Shown here: positions 15,687 to 24,066 of the stretch, piece by piece
Position numbering within the stretch: the stretch's first letter is position 1
Layout: every line of letters starts with the position of its first letter
From: Spirochaetia bacterium
Lineage (GTDB): Bacteria; Spirochaetota; Spirochaetia; SZUA-6; Fen-1364
Reading direction: 5' to 3'
Length of the DNA: 35,904 nt
Assembly (NCBI GenBank): GCA_049514475.1
Contig: JBEKVA010000002.1
Span: 1-35,904 of the forward strand
Translations under genes and position numbers: made by a program
Notes under the pieces: model-generated
Database searches by the model: none
What the model was told of the DNA's origin: nothing
Seen by the model: only the letters and a program-made list of their open reading frames with translations

Positions 15687-15698
15687 CATTAGGATGAT
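15669..15698. promoter_or_regulatory. 30-bp palindrome, candidate operator for the adjacent GntR/HutC regulator
   Basis: ATCATCATAATGT-atta-ACATTAGGATGAT; the arms match at 12/13 positions. The core aatGTattaACatt fits the GT-Nx-AC pattern known for GntR-family operators. It covers the + promoter -10 and the predicted start sites of both promoters. Confidence 0.55.
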
Positions 15699-15726
15699 CT
15701 TATATTAGCAACTTTAGATTTGTCAA
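15699..15726 (-). promoter_or_regulatory. Sigma70-like promoter facing the GntR-isomerase-aldolase operon
   Basis: On the minus strand: -35 TTGACA (15726-15721), a 16-bp spacer, and -10 TATAAG (15704-15699). Confidence 0.55.
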
Positions 15727-15747
15727 GCCGTGAAAGGAGATTTTTTT

Positions 15748-16731
15748 ATGGAAATCGTCACCCTCGGAGAGCTGATTCTCGACATGTTTGCTTCTGAGTC
15801 AGGAAAGGACTTCTTCTCCGTCACGGCTTTCCTGCCCGTCGCTGGAGGGGCCCCTGCCAATGTAGCAGTTGCCGCGGCCCGGCTGGGTGTAAAATCGGCC
15901 TTCATCGGGAAGGTTGGAGAGGACCAGTTCGGCCACAGGCTGGAAAGGGTTCTCACGGAGTACGGGGTGGACACCACCGGCATGCGCTACGACACCCGGT
16001 ATCGAACCACCCTCAACTTCATGACGGTCCCTGATCCGCACAGGACGGAAATGCTCTTCTATAGAAATCCGGGTGCTGACATGCTCCTTGAACCCGGCGA
16101 GCTGGACGCGGCGCTCATCGAGCGCGCGGCTGTCTATCATTTCGGCTCCGTCAGCCTGGCCGTGGAGCCCTGCCGCAGCGCCGCCATCGAGGGGGCGGTA
16201 CGCGCCCGAAAGGCGGGGGCACTCGTCTCCTTCGACGTGAACTACAGGCCCGGTCTCTGGGACAGCGAGGCGCGGGCAATGTCAGAAATAGCGGCTGCCA
16301 TCCCGCTGGCGGACATCGTCAAGGTGAACGAGACGGAGCTGCGCTTCATCACGGGTACCGATGATGCCCGCAACGGCTGCCGGGAGATCGTGGACCGCGG
16401 CCCGGCGCTCTGCGTGGCCACACTCGGCCCCGACGGCAGCGCCTGGTCCACCGCGGCTGGCGCCGGCAGCGCTGCCGGGTTCAAGGTCAGGGCGGTGGAT
16501 GCCACGGGCTGCGGGGATGCCTTCATGGCGGCCCTGCTGGTGCAGGTGCTCGCCGCCCTCGGCGGCCGCCGCGCTGACCGCCGCGCCAGGGTGGAGGGCC
16601 TCGGGGAGGAGATCCTCTCCCGCGCCCTGCGGTTTGCCAACGCGGCGGGGGCGCTCACCGCGCGCAAGCGCGGGGTGATGAATGCCCTGCCCACTGCGCG
16701 CGAGGTGCAGAGGCTCCTCGACAAGAAGTAG
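15748..16731 (+). CDS. PfkB family carbohydrate kinase (fructokinase / ketose-phosphate kinase type)
   Basis: Start set at the ATG at 15748 (MEIVTLGELILDMF...), with AGGAG 8 nt upstream. Motifs: ...GGAPANVA... and the C-terminal DATGCGDAF ATP/anion-hole motif. Confidence 0.9.
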   Translation: MEIVTLGELILDMFASESGKDFFSVTAFLPVAGGAPANVAVAAARLGVKSAFIGKVGEDQFGHRLERVLTEYGVDTTGMRYDTRYRTTLNFMTVPDPHRTEMLFYRNPGADMLLEPGELDAALIERAAVYHFGSVSLAVEPCRSAAIEGAVRARKAGALVSFDVNYRPGLWDSEARAMSEIAAAIPLADIVKVNETELRFITGTDDARNGCREIVDRGPALCVATLGPDGSAWSTAAGAGSAAGFKVRAVDATGCGDAFMAALLVQVLAALGGRRADRRARVEGLGEEILSRALRFANAAGALTARKRGVMNALPTAREVQRLLDKK

Positions 16732-16803
16732 GAGGAGGGACCCTCCACCCGCCGCCTGCGCCGCGCTTGGCGGCGGACCGTGCAATTCATTACCTTATCG
16801 CCC

Positions 16804-17649
16804 ATGGAGCTCGGGCTTATCAATTCGGCGTGGTTCGGCTCTTCCCTTGACCCCACCGACGCCGGGCTGCGCATGACGAAACAGATCGGCTATGACACCG
16901 CCGACGTCCTGCTTGACCCCATGGAGACGAGCGACCAGGAGATCGAGCGGATCAGGAAGCTGGGCGAGGAGCTGCACCTTCCCTTCCGGGCAGCCACCTG
17001 CGTGAGCTTCGCCCTCTCAGACTTCAACAACGTTCCGCGCGCCTTCGCCGTGAAGCGCGTGAACGCGCACGTTGACCTGGCGCGCAGGCTGGGCGCCCGG
17101 AATCTCGTGCTGGCCCTCGGAGAGTACTACTGGGAGCACGTGGTCATCCCCACCAAGCAGATGCGGGAGCTCGCGGTGGACTCGCTGAAGCGGATCGGGG
17201 AGTACGCGCTGAAGCAGGGTGTGACAATCGCGCTGGAGATCGAGCCGTTCAAGGAATCGATCTTCAACACGGTTGACGGCCTTGTGAGCTTCCTCGCCGA
17301 CGTTCAATGCGATGCGGTGCGCGCGAATGTCGACTGCTCCCACCTGTGGCTGATGCGGAAGGCCGGGGTGAAGCCCGAGGACATCGGCAAGCTGCGCGGA
17401 CGGGTGGCCCATGTCCACTTTTCAGACTGCAACGGCGAGGTGCACGGCGACCTTCCGCCGGGCCGGGGCAACACGCCCCTTCGCACCTACCTCGGGGAGC
17501 TGAAGAAGGCGGGCTTCGACGGCACCATCAGCCTCGAGCTGGAGTACGCGCCAGACCCTGCCGCCATTGTCGACTGGGTGACCGAGGCCTACCGGGAAAC
17601 CGCCAGGATGATGGATGAGCTTGGCGTGCGCAGCGCGAAGCGCGCCTGA
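16804..17649 (+). CDS. Sugar phosphate isomerase/epimerase (xylose-isomerase-like TIM barrel)
   Basis: MELGLINSAWFGS... is a typical N-terminus for the family. Motifs: ...IALEIEPF..., ...NVDCSHLW..., ...HVHFSDCNG..., ...ISLELEY. The start is uncertain: ATG 16804 is preferred, GTG 16780 is possible, and no clear Shine-Dalgarno precedes either. Confidence 0.8.
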   Translation: MELGLINSAWFGSSLDPTDAGLRMTKQIGYDTADVLLDPMETSDQEIERIRKLGEELHLPFRAATCVSFALSDFNNVPRAFAVKRVNAHVDLARRLGARNLVLALGEYYWEHVVIPTKQMRELAVDSLKRIGEYALKQGVTIALEIEPFKESIFNTVDGLVSFLADVQCDAVRANVDCSHLWLMRKAGVKPEDIGKLRGRVAHVHFSDCNGEVHGDLPPGRGNTPLRTYLGELKKAGFDGTISLELEYAPDPAAIVDWVTEAYRETARMMDELGVRSAKRA

Positions 17650-17672
17650 CCGTCGAGCTCTCTCCCTTTTCC

Positions 17673-18323
17673 TCAGAACGCCAGCTCCCCCGCCTCGACG
17701 GCCGCGTACAACGCATTTTCCCGCGGCGGGAGCGGGCAGATCCAGCGCGGATTGTAGGCGCAGGAGGGGTTGTACGCGTAGTTGAAATCAAGGACCAGCG
17801 CGCCGTTGCCCGCGCCGAGGTCGGCGCCCTTGATCGTGTCGTACAGGTAGCGGCCGCCGCCGTAGGTCTTGCCGCCGTTCGTCAGGTCCTTGAACGGAAG
17901 GAAGAGCCCGCCGCCATATCCCTCGACCCAGTACAGGGTCAGCGCGGCCCCGTCGAGCGCGCTTCCCGGCGCTCCGATCATCACACGCGCAAAGCGGCGG
18001 ACGCGCAGGGGGCCTTCGGGAAGCTCGAACAGCGGGGCCGGCGCATCTACGATGGCCGCCGGCGCTTCCGCAACCGGCTGGACAGCGACACGGAATCTCA
18101 GCGCAGGGTCGTAGGGAAACCAGGACAGGCCTCGAAATGCCTTCTTCTGCTTCGCATCGAGGGGAGACTGCGGGTGGGAGGCGAACATCTCGTCACGGCG
18201 TCGGCGATACTCCCGGCAGGCGGCGGCGGCCCCTGATTCGGGAGCGCCGCGCACCGCAGCGTACAGCTCCGCCGTTCGAGCCCGCCACTGCGCGAGATCC
18301 AGGAGCCGTTCATCGCCCGCCAT
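17673..18323 (-). CDS. DUF1684 domain protein
   Basis: Start trimmed to the ATG at 18323 (MAGDERLLDLAQWR...). Motifs: ...SHPQSPL..., ...FRGLSWFPYDPALRF..., ...GGLFLPFKDLTNGGKTYGGGRYLY..., ...DFNYAYNPSCAYNPRWICPLPPRENAL.... This is the characteristic DUF1684 pattern. The start lies 1 nt after the upstream stop. Confidence 0.8.
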   Translation of the reverse strand: MAGDERLLDLAQWRARTAELYAAVRGAPESGAAAACREYRRRRDEMFASHPQSPLDAKQKKAFRGLSWFPYDPALRFRVAVQPVAEAPAAIVDAPAPLFELPEGPLRVRRFARVMIGAPGSALDGAALTLYWVEGYGGGLFLPFKDLTNGGKTYGGGRYLYDTIKGADLGAGNGALVLDFNYAYNPSCAYNPRWICPLPPRENALYAAVEAGELAF

Positions 18324-18324
18324 T

Positions 18325-19098
18325 TCAGCTTCCCCTTTTGACCTCGGGGGAGCGCCAGTCCCAGCTCTTCGCGTCGAGGTCTGTGAGCAGCCTGACAAGC
18401 TCGTCCACGAGGGCCGCGCGCATTTTTGCGCCCTTCTCCCGCGTGCCCTTCGTCGGGTCGCCGCTGGTGCCCGTGTTGGTGAGCTCGTCGAACGTCCACT
18501 TGACGTTCAGGTGCGGCGGCAGGTGCGGGACCACCCCTTTTGCCTTCGACATGTCGCACAGCTCGGGGAAGAGCTCCAGGCAGATGGAGGTCTCCCCCTC
18601 CCCGCCGTGACCCAGGCCGTTCCATACCTGGAAGAAGTCCGGCGGCAGCAGGTCGCCGATCTCCATCCACCACGCGTCCATGGACACGATCTTGAAATCG
18701 GGGTGCGCCACCTTGGCCGAGCGGGCCGCCACCTCGATGGGGGAGATGTTGCCGTCGTGGCCATTCATGACGAACACCCGGCGGATGCCCTCGCGGTAGA
18801 CCGACTCCAGGATGTCCCTGATCAGCGCCGTCTCGGTTTCGAACTGCAGGGAGATGGTGAACGGGAACTGCTTGTAGTGCTCGCTCACCCCGTAATTGAC
18901 CGGCGGCAGGACCGCGGTCTTCGGCACGCGCGCGGCTACGTCCAGGGCCACCAGGTAGGCGGTCATGGCATCGGTGCCGAACGGAAGGTGTCCCCCGTGG
19001 CTCTCCAGGGAGCCCAGCGGCAGGATCACCTTGTCGAAGGGCGTGCGGGCAAAATCCGCAGAGCTCAGGTGCTGGACTTCGATCGGGTTCTTGTTCAT
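18325..19098 (-). CDS. Creatininase (creatinine amidohydrolase) family metal-dependent amidohydrolase
   Basis: Start set at the ATG at 19098 (MNKNPIEV...), with GGAGGA 6 nt upstream. Motifs: ...PLGSLESHGGHLPFGTD..., ...VMNGHDGN..., ...GHGGEGETS.... Confidence 0.85.
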   Translation of the reverse strand: MNKNPIEVQHLSSADFARTPFDKVILPLGSLESHGGHLPFGTDAMTAYLVALDVAARVPKTAVLPPVNYGVSEHYKQFPFTISLQFETETALIRDILESVYREGIRRVFVMNGHDGNISPIEVAARSAKVAHPDFKIVSMDAWWMEIGDLLPPDFFQVWNGLGHGGEGETSICLELFPELCDMSKAKGVVPHLPPHLNVKWTFDELTNTGTSGDPTKGTREKGAKMRAALVDELVRLLTDLDAKSWDWRSPEVKRGS

Positions 19099-19118
19099 CG
19101 GCATTCCTCCATAGAAAT

Positions 19119-19140
19119 GCGGGCCGCTCGTGCGGCCCGC
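19119..19140 (-). terminator. Perfect 9-bp GC stem-loop after the Liv-type binding-protein gene (attenuating or stabilising hairpin)
   Basis: gcgggccgc-tcgt-gcggcccgc lies between the binding-protein stop (19160) and the creatininase start (19098). On the minus strand only a weak U-tract (ATTTCTA) follows. Confidence 0.45.
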
Positions 19141-19159
19141 TCTCTCGGTCATGTTCGGC

Positions 19160-20332
19160 TTAGGGGTTCGGCACCTTCTCCGGCACCAGCTCCTGGGCCA
19201 GCGTGAACGCCCCGCCCTTCACCAGGACGATGGTCACGCCCTTCTGGGGAATCCGGCTGCCCGGCTGGTAGGTGATGGAACCGGTGACGCCGGCGAGGCT
19301 CTGCGTGCCCGCCAGGGCCTCCTTCAGCTTCTTGGGGTCGGCCGAGCCGGCGCGCTTGATGGAGTCCACGATCAGCTTCAGCGTGTCGTAGCCAAGGCCC
19401 GCGAAGGCGTTCTCGGGGGGGGTCTTGTATTCCGTCTGGTAGGCGGCGATGAACTTCTTCACCGCATCGGTGCCGAGGTTCGCGTCCATCAGCGAGTGCG
19501 TGGAGAAGTAGACGTTCTCGGCGCCCGCGCCGGCAACCTGCACCAGCAGCGGGGTGTCGTAGCCGTCACCGCCCATGATCGGGCTCTTCACGCCGGCGTC
19601 GCGGAACTGCTTCACGATGGTGCCGATATCATCGGGACCTGCCGAGATGAAGAGGATGTCCGGCTTTGCCTTCAGGCCCTTCATCTTGGTGATCTGCGCG
19701 GAGAAGTCCTTGTCCCCGGTCTGGTAGGTGTCTTCCATGACGACCTTCCCGCCCAACTCGACGAAGCGCTCCTTGAAGTACTTGCCCAGCAGCAGCGTGT
19801 ATTCCATGCCCTTGTCCACCAGGAAGTACACGCTCTTCGCCTTCAGGGAATTGATCGAGAACTCCGCGGCGGCGGCGGCCTGCACGTTGTCGCCGAAGCA
19901 CGCGAGGTACAGGTAATCAGGCACCTGCTCGGGCAGCTTGGGGGAGGTTGCCCCCGAGGTCACGAACACGATGCCGGCTTTCGCCGCGATGGGGGCCGCG
20001 GCCATGGTCATGTCGCTGTCGCTGAAGCCGAACATCGCCACCACCTTGTCGCTCCCCGTGAGCTGGGTGGCCGAGTTGGCGATGGTCGCCGCGTCGGACT
20101 TCCCGTCGTAGGCAACCAGCTCGATCTTCTTGCCCAGCACGCCGCCGGCCGCGTTGATCTCCTTGGCCGCCAGCTTCGCCCCGTTGGCCGAGGGGGCATC
20201 CAGGGACGCCTGCGCACCGGTCATGTTGTAGATCATGCCGATCTTGATTGCGTTTCCGCCGCCCTTGCCGCCGCACCCTGCGACGAGCACCGCCGCGGCG
20301 AGGACCAGCGCGAGAGCCAGTTTACTCTTCAT
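19160..20332 (-). CDS. ABC transporter substrate-binding lipoprotein, LivJ/LivK-like (Peripla_BP_6; amino acid/amide/urea type)
   Basis: Start trimmed to the ATG at 20332 (MKSKLALALVLAAAVLVAGCGG, with a lipobox), with AGGAGA upstream. Motifs: ...IKIGMIYNMTGAQA..., ...AKEINAAGGVLGKKIELV.YD.... Confidence 0.88.
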   Translation of the reverse strand: MKSKLALALVLAAAVLVAGCGGKGGGNAIKIGMIYNMTGAQASLDAPSANGAKLAAKEINAAGGVLGKKIELVAYDGKSDAATIANSATQLTGSDKVVAMFGFSDSDMTMAAAPIAAKAGIVFVTSGATSPKLPEQVPDYLYLACFGDNVQAAAAAEFSINSLKAKSVYFLVDKGMEYTLLLGKYFKERFVELGGKVVMEDTYQTGDKDFSAQITKMKGLKAKPDILFISAGPDDIGTIVKQFRDAGVKSPIMGGDGYDTPLLVQVAGAGAENVYFSTHSLMDANLGTDAVKKFIAAYQTEYKTPPENAFAGLGYDTLKLIVDSIKRAGSADPKKLKEALAGTQSLAGVTGSITYQPGSRIPQKGVTIVLVKGGAFTLAQELVPEKVPNP

Positions 20333-20402
20333 ACCCTTCTCCTTTTTCCCGTTCGGGATCGTGAAAAACTTCAAGCCGCATGCTCGGGCCCGACGTCCCT
20401 CC

Positions 20403-21479
20403 TCATGCGGACCGTTTCCCTTTTTTCCCCCGCCGAAGCCTGCCCAGCAGGGCGGCAAAGTCGACCTCTTTCCCCCCGGTGAGCCCCGACGGCTTGAACA
20501 CTATGATCAGCACGAAAAGCACCGCCATGAGGATCTGACTCGCCCCGTACACCGGCGGGACATGGAGGTTTCCCAGGGTCACCCCGCGCTCGGCGTTGCG
20601 AAGGATCTCGGAGAGCACCGTGATGATGATCACCCCGATCACGGACCCGCTCACCGATCCCATCCCCCCGACCACCAGCATCGTGATGATACTGAATGTC
20701 TGCACGAAATAGAATGACTTCGGAGAGAAAGAGCCGATGAAGTGGGCCCAGAGGGACCCTGCCACCCCGGTGAGGAACGCGCTGAGACAGAACGCCAGGA
20801 GGCGCGAGCGCATCACGTTCACCCCCAGGGACTGCGCCGCGATCTCGTTGTCCCGCGCGGCCATCATGGCGCGGCCGTAGGATGACCGACCTAGCCTCCA
20901 CACCACGTAGACGGTGAGCACCGCCCAGATCCACACGTTCCACGTCCTTGTGAATCCAGGTACCCCGGCAAATGTCCGCGCTCCCCTGGTGAGCTGGTCC
21001 CAGTTCACCAGGATGACGTACACGATGACCAGGAACCCCAGGGTGGCCACCGAGACGTAGGACCCTTTCAGCCGCATCAGGGAAAGGCCCACGAGGAATG
21101 CCACGATCATCGCCACCAAGCCCGCGATCAGGGTGGCCGGCAGGAACGGCAGCGCCAAGCCGGAGAGCCAGCCGGGCAGGCTGGGGAGGTTCACCGCTTT
21201 CAGGGATACCGGGAGAGTGAGGACCGCGGCCGTGTAGGCCCCAATGGCCATGAACCCCACGTGCCCCAGGGAGAACACGCCGGTGAACCCGTTGGAAAGG
21301 TTGAGGGCAACGACAAGGATCACGTTGATGCCGATGCCGATGACGATCCTTTGCACGTAGTCGCCTGCCAGGAGCTCCACCGCGGCTACAATGACCACGG
21401 CGCACGCCAGGAGGATTGCGGGCACGGCGAGCGGGGGGAGGCGGCGGGAGGTAAGGTCGTTGCGTGCCTGTGGCTGCAT
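20403..21479 (-). CDS. Branched-chain-amino-acid-type ABC transporter permease (LivM-like)
   Basis: 358-aa multi-TM ORF with a ...GQLSLGH-like core (FSLGHVGFMAIGAY). The start ATG shares one base with the upstream TGA (TGATG). Confidence 0.88.
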   Translation of the reverse strand: MQPQARNDLTSRRLPPLAVPAILLACAVVIVAAVELLAGDYVQRIVIGIGINVILVVALNLSNGFTGVFSLGHVGFMAIGAYTAAVLTLPVSLKAVNLPSLPGWLSGLALPFLPATLIAGLVAMIVAFLVGLSLMRLKGSYVSVATLGFLVIVYVILVNWDQLTRGARTFAGVPGFTRTWNVWIWAVLTVYVVWRLGRSSYGRAMMAARDNEIAAQSLGVNVMRSRLLAFCLSAFLTGVAGSLWAHFIGSFSPKSFYFVQTFSIITMLVVGGMGSVSGSVIGVIIITVLSEILRNAERGVTLGNLHVPPVYGASQILMAVLFVLIIVFKPSGLTGGKEVDFAALLGRLRRGKKGKRSA

Positions 21480-22375
21480 CAGATCTTTTCCCTCTCCGTG
21501 CTGCCGAGGATGCCGCTGGGCCTGAAAAGGAGCAACGCAATCAATATGGCATAGACGAACGCATCGCGGTACGGGTTCAGCGCGGCAGGCAGCAGTCCCT
21601 GCAGGAGGATTTCCAGAGCGCCCAGCACGTAGCCGCCGATCACCGCCCCAGGCAGGCTCCCCAGTCCGCCGATCACGGAAGCGATGAAGGCCTTCAGCAC
21701 GGGGTTGAACCCCATGAGCGGGTCAACCTTGCCCACCCTGACGCTCCATAGGAGCCCGACGATGCCGGCAAGGAACGAGCCGATGGCGAATGCCACCGCG
21801 ATGACGCGGTTGACGTTGATGCCCATGAGCTGCGCGGCCACCAGGTCCTGTGCCGCGGCGCGCATGGAAATGCCGATGTCGGTCCGCGTCACGAACAGCG
21901 TGAGGGCGACCAGGAGGACTGCGGCCACGACGATGGCAATCAGGTCGAGACTGGCAAGCCGAAGCTGGCCCAGCTCGATGACCCCACGCAGGAGCGCCGG
22001 TGCGGGAAAAGCACGGGAGGTCGGGCGGAAGATGATGATGGCGAGGTTTTCCAGGAAGATCGTGACGGAGAAAGAGGTCAGCAGCATCGCGACCTCGTGG
22101 GCGCCCCGCAGGGGCCGATAGGCAACCCGCTCCATCACGAGCCCCGCGACGGTGCTTGCCGCCACCCCGGCAATCGCGGCCACGGGAAAGGGCAGTCCCA
22201 CCATCAGCAGGAGCAGCGCGACGTAGCTTCCTACCATTATGAGATCGCCGTGGGCGAAGTTGATGAGGCGCAGGATCCCGAAGACCATCGAGAGGCCGAT
22301 GGCCATGAGGGCGTACAGGCTTCCAATGCTGACCGCGTTGATCAGCTGCTGCAGCAGGAGCTCCAGGGGACTCAC
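21479..22375 (-). CDS. Branched-chain-amino-acid-type ABC transporter permease (LivH-like)
   Basis: 298-aa multi-TM ORF: ...LINAVSIGSLYALMAIGLSMVFGILRLINFAHGD.... The GTG start overlaps the upstream stop (GTGA). Confidence 0.9.
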   Translation of the reverse strand: MSPLELLLQQLINAVSIGSLYALMAIGLSMVFGILRLINFAHGDLIMVGSYVALLLLMVGLPFPVAAIAGVAASTVAGLVMERVAYRPLRGAHEVAMLLTSFSVTIFLENLAIIIFRPTSRAFPAPALLRGVIELGQLRLASLDLIAIVVAAVLLVALTLFVTRTDIGISMRAAAQDLVAAQLMGINVNRVIAVAFAIGSFLAGIVGLLWSVRVGKVDPLMGFNPVLKAFIASVIGGLGSLPGAVIGGYVLGALEILLQGLLPAALNPYRDAFVYAILIALLLFRPSGILGSTEREKI

Positions 22376-23157
22376 GGCGTGCCTCCCTTGGGCGGCACGC
22401 CTCCCTGCGGGGCGGTGCTGAGGTACGCAGCCTCGATCTCGGGATTGGCGCGCAGCTGCTCGCCGGTGCCGGACAGCGTAATGCTCCCGGTCTCCAGGAC
22501 GTAGGCGCGGTCAGCCACGGCGAGCGCCTGGTGCACGTTCTGCTCCACCAGGAGGATCGTCACCCCCTGCCGGTGCAGCTCGCGGATCACCTCGAATATC
22601 TCCCCGACCACGATCGGCGCCAGGCCGAGGGAGGGCTCATCCAGCATGAGAAGCCGCGGCTGCCCCATCAGCGCCCGACCGATGGCCAGCATCTGCTGCT
22701 CTCCCCCGCTGAGGGTCGCCCCCGACTGCCCGCGCCGTCGCCCCAGCACGGGGAAAAGGGAGAAGACGCGGTCCATGTCGCGCCGCGCCGCCGCCTTGTC
22801 CTTTCGGCGTACGGCCCCCATGCGCAGATTCTCCACCACGGTGAGGCTCCCGAAAATACGCCTCCCCTCTGGGCAGTGGATGACCCCCTGGTTGACGATC
22901 TCGAAAGCGCTCTGCTTCGTAATGTCGCGCCCGTCATATACTACGGACCCCGCGCGCGGCCGCACGATGCCGGAGACGGCCATGAGCGTTGTCGACTTGC
23001 CGGCGCCGTTTGCCCCCAGCAGCGCCACCAGCTCACCGTCCTCGACGCGCAGGTCGATGGCGTGCAGGGCCTGGACGTGGCCGTAGCTCACCTCGACCTG
23101 GTCGAGCGCCAGCATGACGGTCTTGGGCGCGGTCATCCCTGACTCATGCGCCAGCAT
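22372..23157 (-). CDS. Branched-chain-amino-acid-type ABC transporter ATP-binding protein (LivF-like)
   Basis: Walker A GANGAGKST, signature LSGGEQQMLAIGRAL, Walker B LLMLDEPS. The start is uncertain: 23157 overlaps the livG-like gene by 14 nt, and 23136 or 23115 are alternatives. Confidence 0.88.
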   Translation of the reverse strand: MLAHESGMTAPKTVMLALDQVEVSYGHVQALHAIDLRVEDGELVALLGANGAGKSTTLMAVSGIVRPRAGSVVYDGRDITKQSAFEIVNQGVIHCPEGRRIFGSLTVVENLRMGAVRRKDKAAARRDMDRVFSLFPVLGRRRGQSGATLSGGEQQMLAIGRALMGQPRLLMLDEPSLGLAPIVVGEIFEVIRELHRQGVTILLVEQNVHQALAVADRAYVLETGSITLSGTGEQLRANPEIEAAYLSTAPQGGVPPKGGTP

Positions 23158-23950
23158 CGTCCTTGACCTTTCCCAGGTACGACTCGATCACCCGCGGGTC
23201 CGCCCTGACCTTCTCCGGGGTGCCTTCTGCAATGGTCTGTCCGTAGTTGAGCACCTGGATGCGCTCGCAGAGCTGCATGACCAGCGGCAGGTTGTGCTCC
23301 ACGATGATGATCGTGAGCTCGAACTGGTCGCGGATGCGGCGGATGAGGTCCAGGATGAACTGGCTCTCCCGCGCGTTCATCCCCGCGGTGGGCTCGTCGA
23401 GGAGAAGCAGGGACGGCTTCAGGGCCAGCGCGCGCACGATCTCCAGCCTCCGCTGGTCCCCGTAGGGCAGCGAAGTGGCGGGAGCTGCGGCGCGCTCCTG
23501 CAGGTCGAAGAGCGCGAGCTGCTCGAGTGCCTCCTCGGCAAGACGCTTCTCGGCGCGGCGGAAGGAGGGCAGGGAAAGCACGGTACTCAGAAGATCGTGG
23601 CGCTCGTGAAGCTGCCGGGCGCACAGCACGTTGTCCAGCACGCTCATGGTGGGGAACAGCCTGATGTTCTGGAACGTGCGCCCTATGCCCAGGCGCGCAA
23701 TATCCTGCGGGGGCAGCCGCGTGATGTCCTGGCCCTTGAATCTCAGCGTGCCCCGGGTGGGCTTGATGTGCCCGGTGAGCAGGTTGAACACGGTGGATTT
23801 GCCGGCGCCGTTGGGCCCGATGATGCCCAGGATCTCCCCCGGGCGAAGCTGCAGGCGGTAGTCGTCAACGGCGAGCAGGCCCCTGAATTGCTTCGCGAGG
23901 CCCTCCACTTCGAGGAGAAAGTGATCTGTGCCGTCACCGTTGTAGAGCAT
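23144..23950 (-). CDS. Branched-chain-amino-acid-type ABC transporter ATP-binding protein (LivG-like)
   Basis: Walker A GPNGAGKST, signature LPYGDQRRLEIVRAL, Walker B LLLLDEPT, and a C-terminal ...RVIESYLG. Confidence 0.9.
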   Translation of the reverse strand: MLYNGDGTDHFLLEVEGLAKQFRGLLAVDDYRLQLRPGEILGIIGPNGAGKSTVFNLLTGHIKPTRGTLRFKGQDITRLPPQDIARLGIGRTFQNIRLFPTMSVLDNVLCARQLHERHDLLSTVLSLPSFRRAEKRLAEEALEQLALFDLQERAAAPATSLPYGDQRRLEIVRALALKPSLLLLDEPTAGMNARESQFILDLIRRIRDQFELTIIIVEHNLPLVMQLCERIQVLNYGQTIAEGTPEKVRADPRVIESYLGKVKDDAGA

Positions 23951-24066
23951 TCTCCGAACATCCCGCGTGTGGAGCCGAAAAAAGGAATCCGCTGAGTACG
24001 CGGGGGCGAGTATACGTGAATGGGGCCGGCTTGGAAAGGGGCTTCGGTTTCGATACGCTTCAGCTC

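Noticed and set aside
16729-16806. The kinase TAG stop is in the same frame as the downstream TIM-barrel ORF, with no intervening stop. I considered stop-codon read-through, pyrrolysine or a fused protein.
   Set aside because: There is a one-in-three chance of a shared frame, and stop-free spacers are common at this GC content. I see no pyl genes or read-through signals. The spacer translation (EEGPSTRRLRRAWRRT) looks non-coding.
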